Positions 62,250 to 64,000 of a DNA stretch of 64,000 nt are shown here, in pieces. The translations under genes were made by a program, and so were the position numbers. The notes under the pieces are model-generated. The model ran no database searches, was not told the DNA's origin, and saw only the letters and a list, made by a program, of their open reading frames with translations. This DNA comes from an uncultured delta proteobacterium (GTDB lineage: Bacteria > Desulfobacterota > Binatia > Binatales > Binataceae). Numbering within the stretch: position 1 is the first letter of the stretch; the number at the start of each line of letters is the position of its first letter. The stretch is taken from contig CAVRVY010000004.1 of the NCBI GenBank assembly GCA_963724765.1, positions 32,001 to 96,000 on the forward strand, read 5' to 3'.

Positions 62250-64000
62250 TCAGGCCGCCGCAGTACGCGGCTGAAGTTGCCAGTGGGGTACGGCCCTGGT
62301 CAGTGCGATGCGTGATAGTTGATCGGAAAGCTCGCCGGCCAGGACCACCAGGCGGCGATAGGTCTCGATGTCGGCTAGCAGAGTTCGCCGCGAGGCGAGT
62401 GGCCACGATGAAATGGCGCTGAAATTGTCGCTCGCGATCTGTTGATGAAGATTGTCCAACAGCGCTCGAGCAGCGTCCTCGTGCCACGCCCTGAGCGTTG
62501 CGCCGCCGGCGGCGCGGCGCCTTACGTAATCGAGACATGCCTCGAACTGGGCTCGCAAGGCGGAGTCAATCGCGTCGCGCGCGCTCTGCAACTGCGGCGG
62601 GAGCGCGGGCATCTCCTGCGAGTTGCGTCCGGCTGCGACGCTGCCCAGCCGATGCGCAATGCGTCTCAGAGTGCCGACCGCGTCGACCACCGCGTCCGGG
62701 TCGAAGCCGCTGCGGCCGCCTTCGATTCGCGCATCGTCGGCGACCGACAGAAGTTCGCCCAGGGTCCGGGAGCAATCTATCTCTATCGACTCGGTCTGGC
62801 TCTCGTTGGGAGCGCGCCCGCCACGCGGCATCAATGACAGGATCATCTCGAGCATCTTTTCCAGCCGCGGAACCATCGCTTCACCCGCATACTCTGGCCA
62901 CAGCACGATGAACACGATCGCCACGACGATCACGCCAAGAAAGACGCCCCACAGCCGCCACAACGCTTCGTATTCTCTGACGCTGGGCGACAACCCCGCG
63001 AACAGCAGGCAGAAGGTGACGCCAGCCTGCTTGCCGGGATAGCTCAGGCGTCCACCGCTCAGTCCTAGGTAGGCGCAAGGCATGAGCGCGATGAAGCACA
63101 CGGCCATATAGGTCACGATGGTCTCGAAATTCGGCGAGACCACGATTATCGCCGCGAGTCCCAGAACGCCGCCGAGCATGCCGCCGACGAAGCGCAGGAT
63201 CATCTTTCGCATCGAGGCGCCGTACGTCGGCAGACCGGTGATCATCACGGTCCACAAAATCGTTGTCAGATCGCTGCGATGCGTGGTCACTCCGACCACG
63301 AATGCCAGCGCGACCGCGGCGGCAAGCTTGAGACAGTAGCGCATGCGCGCCGGATCGATCCGGGCTCCCACCGGATCTGAATCGGGCCGGGCGGCTCTGC
63401 GGGCGGCTGCGGCCAGCGGAATTGGAGTGTGAATGAAAAGCCGGGCGATGCGCTGCAAGCCCAGGACGAAGGCGCTCAGATTGCTCAGTTCGTCGGGCCG
63501 CGTGTCGACGATGAACTGCGACTGAAGCTCACCGACGCGCCGATTGTAGACTTCCAGCATCGAGTAGATGGGTCCCGCGGCGTCGGGCATCGTCTCTTCC
63601 GCCTGATCGAGCCCGCCTGCGAGCAGCCCTTCATCAATCACCAGCGCCGCATCGATCGCGTCGAGTATTGCCTGCAACTGCGGCTTGAACATCTCGCGAA
63701 TCCGATGCGGCAGCGATTCGCGTGCGATCGACAGCAGGCGTTCCACTTCCAGCCTCATCCTCTCACTGACGCTGACCGCGGCCAGCAGCCGGGCGTGGCG
63801 CAGCGGGCTCAGGTTCTCGCGATTGGCGCGCTCGAGCAGGGCCAGATGCGCGCTCATCGCGCCATGCATCGACGGTTGCGGCAGCTCTTTCGCGCCCGTC
63901 GTATCGAGGTAGGCGCTGCCTGTGGCCGCAAGGCGTTCGCGGGTTCTCTCCGCACTGGCGGCCAGCAAATGCAGCAAATGCCGCTCGGCGGGGTCGGGCC
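62250..64000 (-). CDS. FUSC-family membrane protein (5' end outside window)
   Basis: Second FUSC-like TM repeat (KMILRFVG...GG) flanked by helical regions. Confidence 0.75.
   Translation of the reverse strand, partial: PDPAERHLLHLLAASAERTRERLAATGSAYLDTTGAKELPQPSMHGAMSAHLALLERANRENLSPLRHARLLAAVSVSERMRLEVERLLSIARESLPHRIREMFKPQLQAILDAIDAALVIDEGLLAGGLDQAEETMPDAAGPIYSMLEVYNRRVGELQSQFIVDTRPDELSNLSAFVLGLQRIARLFIHTPIPLAAAARRAARPDSDPVGARIDPARMRYCLKLAAAVALAFVVGVTTHRSDLTTILWTVMITGLPTYGASMRKMILRFVGGMLGGVLGLAAIIVVSPNFETIVTYMAVCFIALMPCAYLGLSGGRLSYPGKQAGVTFCLLFAGLSPSVREYEALWRLWGVFLGVIVVAIVFIVLWPEYAGEAMVPRLEKMLEMILSLMPRGGRAPNESQTESIEIDCSRTLGELLSVADDARIEGGRSGFDPDAVVDAVGTLRRIAHRLGSVAAGRNSQEMPALPPQLQSARDAIDSALRAQFEACLDYVRRRAAGGATLRAWHEDAARALLDNLHQQIASDNFSAISSWPLASRRTLLADIETYRRLVVLAGELSDQLSRIALTRAVPHWQLQPRTAAA

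Overview
High-GC bacterial chromosome segment, Deltaproteobacteria-like; Candidatus Binatota is a guess from recalled gene content, not verified. The core blocks are ribD(partial)-ribBA-nusB, holA, rpsT, mazG, yebC-ruvCAB, tRNA-Phe-gshB-rsmE-prmA, dnaG-tRNA(CAT)-zinc ribbon-rnpB, rmuC, clpSA, nadB, pgsA-tRNA-Gly and an iorAB-like molybdoenzyme. Accessory DNA interrupts them: (i) a 2.8-kb IS1-family transporter element with TIRs and an 8-bp TSD, carrying four passenger ORFs and a tRNA-Arg-like gene; (ii) a ~14.7-kb decayed island at tRNA-Phe with a 49/50-bp att repeat and a broken tyrosine integrase, containing a 4.1-kb IS66 that carries a DsrH/E/F-like trio inside its TIRs, a non-canonical tRNA with GCA anticodon, Sec-like D-arm and long variable arm, a Flp pilin and ori-like repeats; (iii) an older phage relic to its left and a small variable region after tRNA-Gly. 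A family of small secreted-looking proteins with conserved ends (MKPRHAAALALVGWYL...CIATDDPRLK) and variable cores recurs five times in or next to mobile DNA, and one 5' module is fused precisely to the odd tRNA. The riboflavin cluster keeps only the RibD and RibA steps. No CRISPR array or rRNA seen. All calls come from reading the sequence by eye; no database searches were run.
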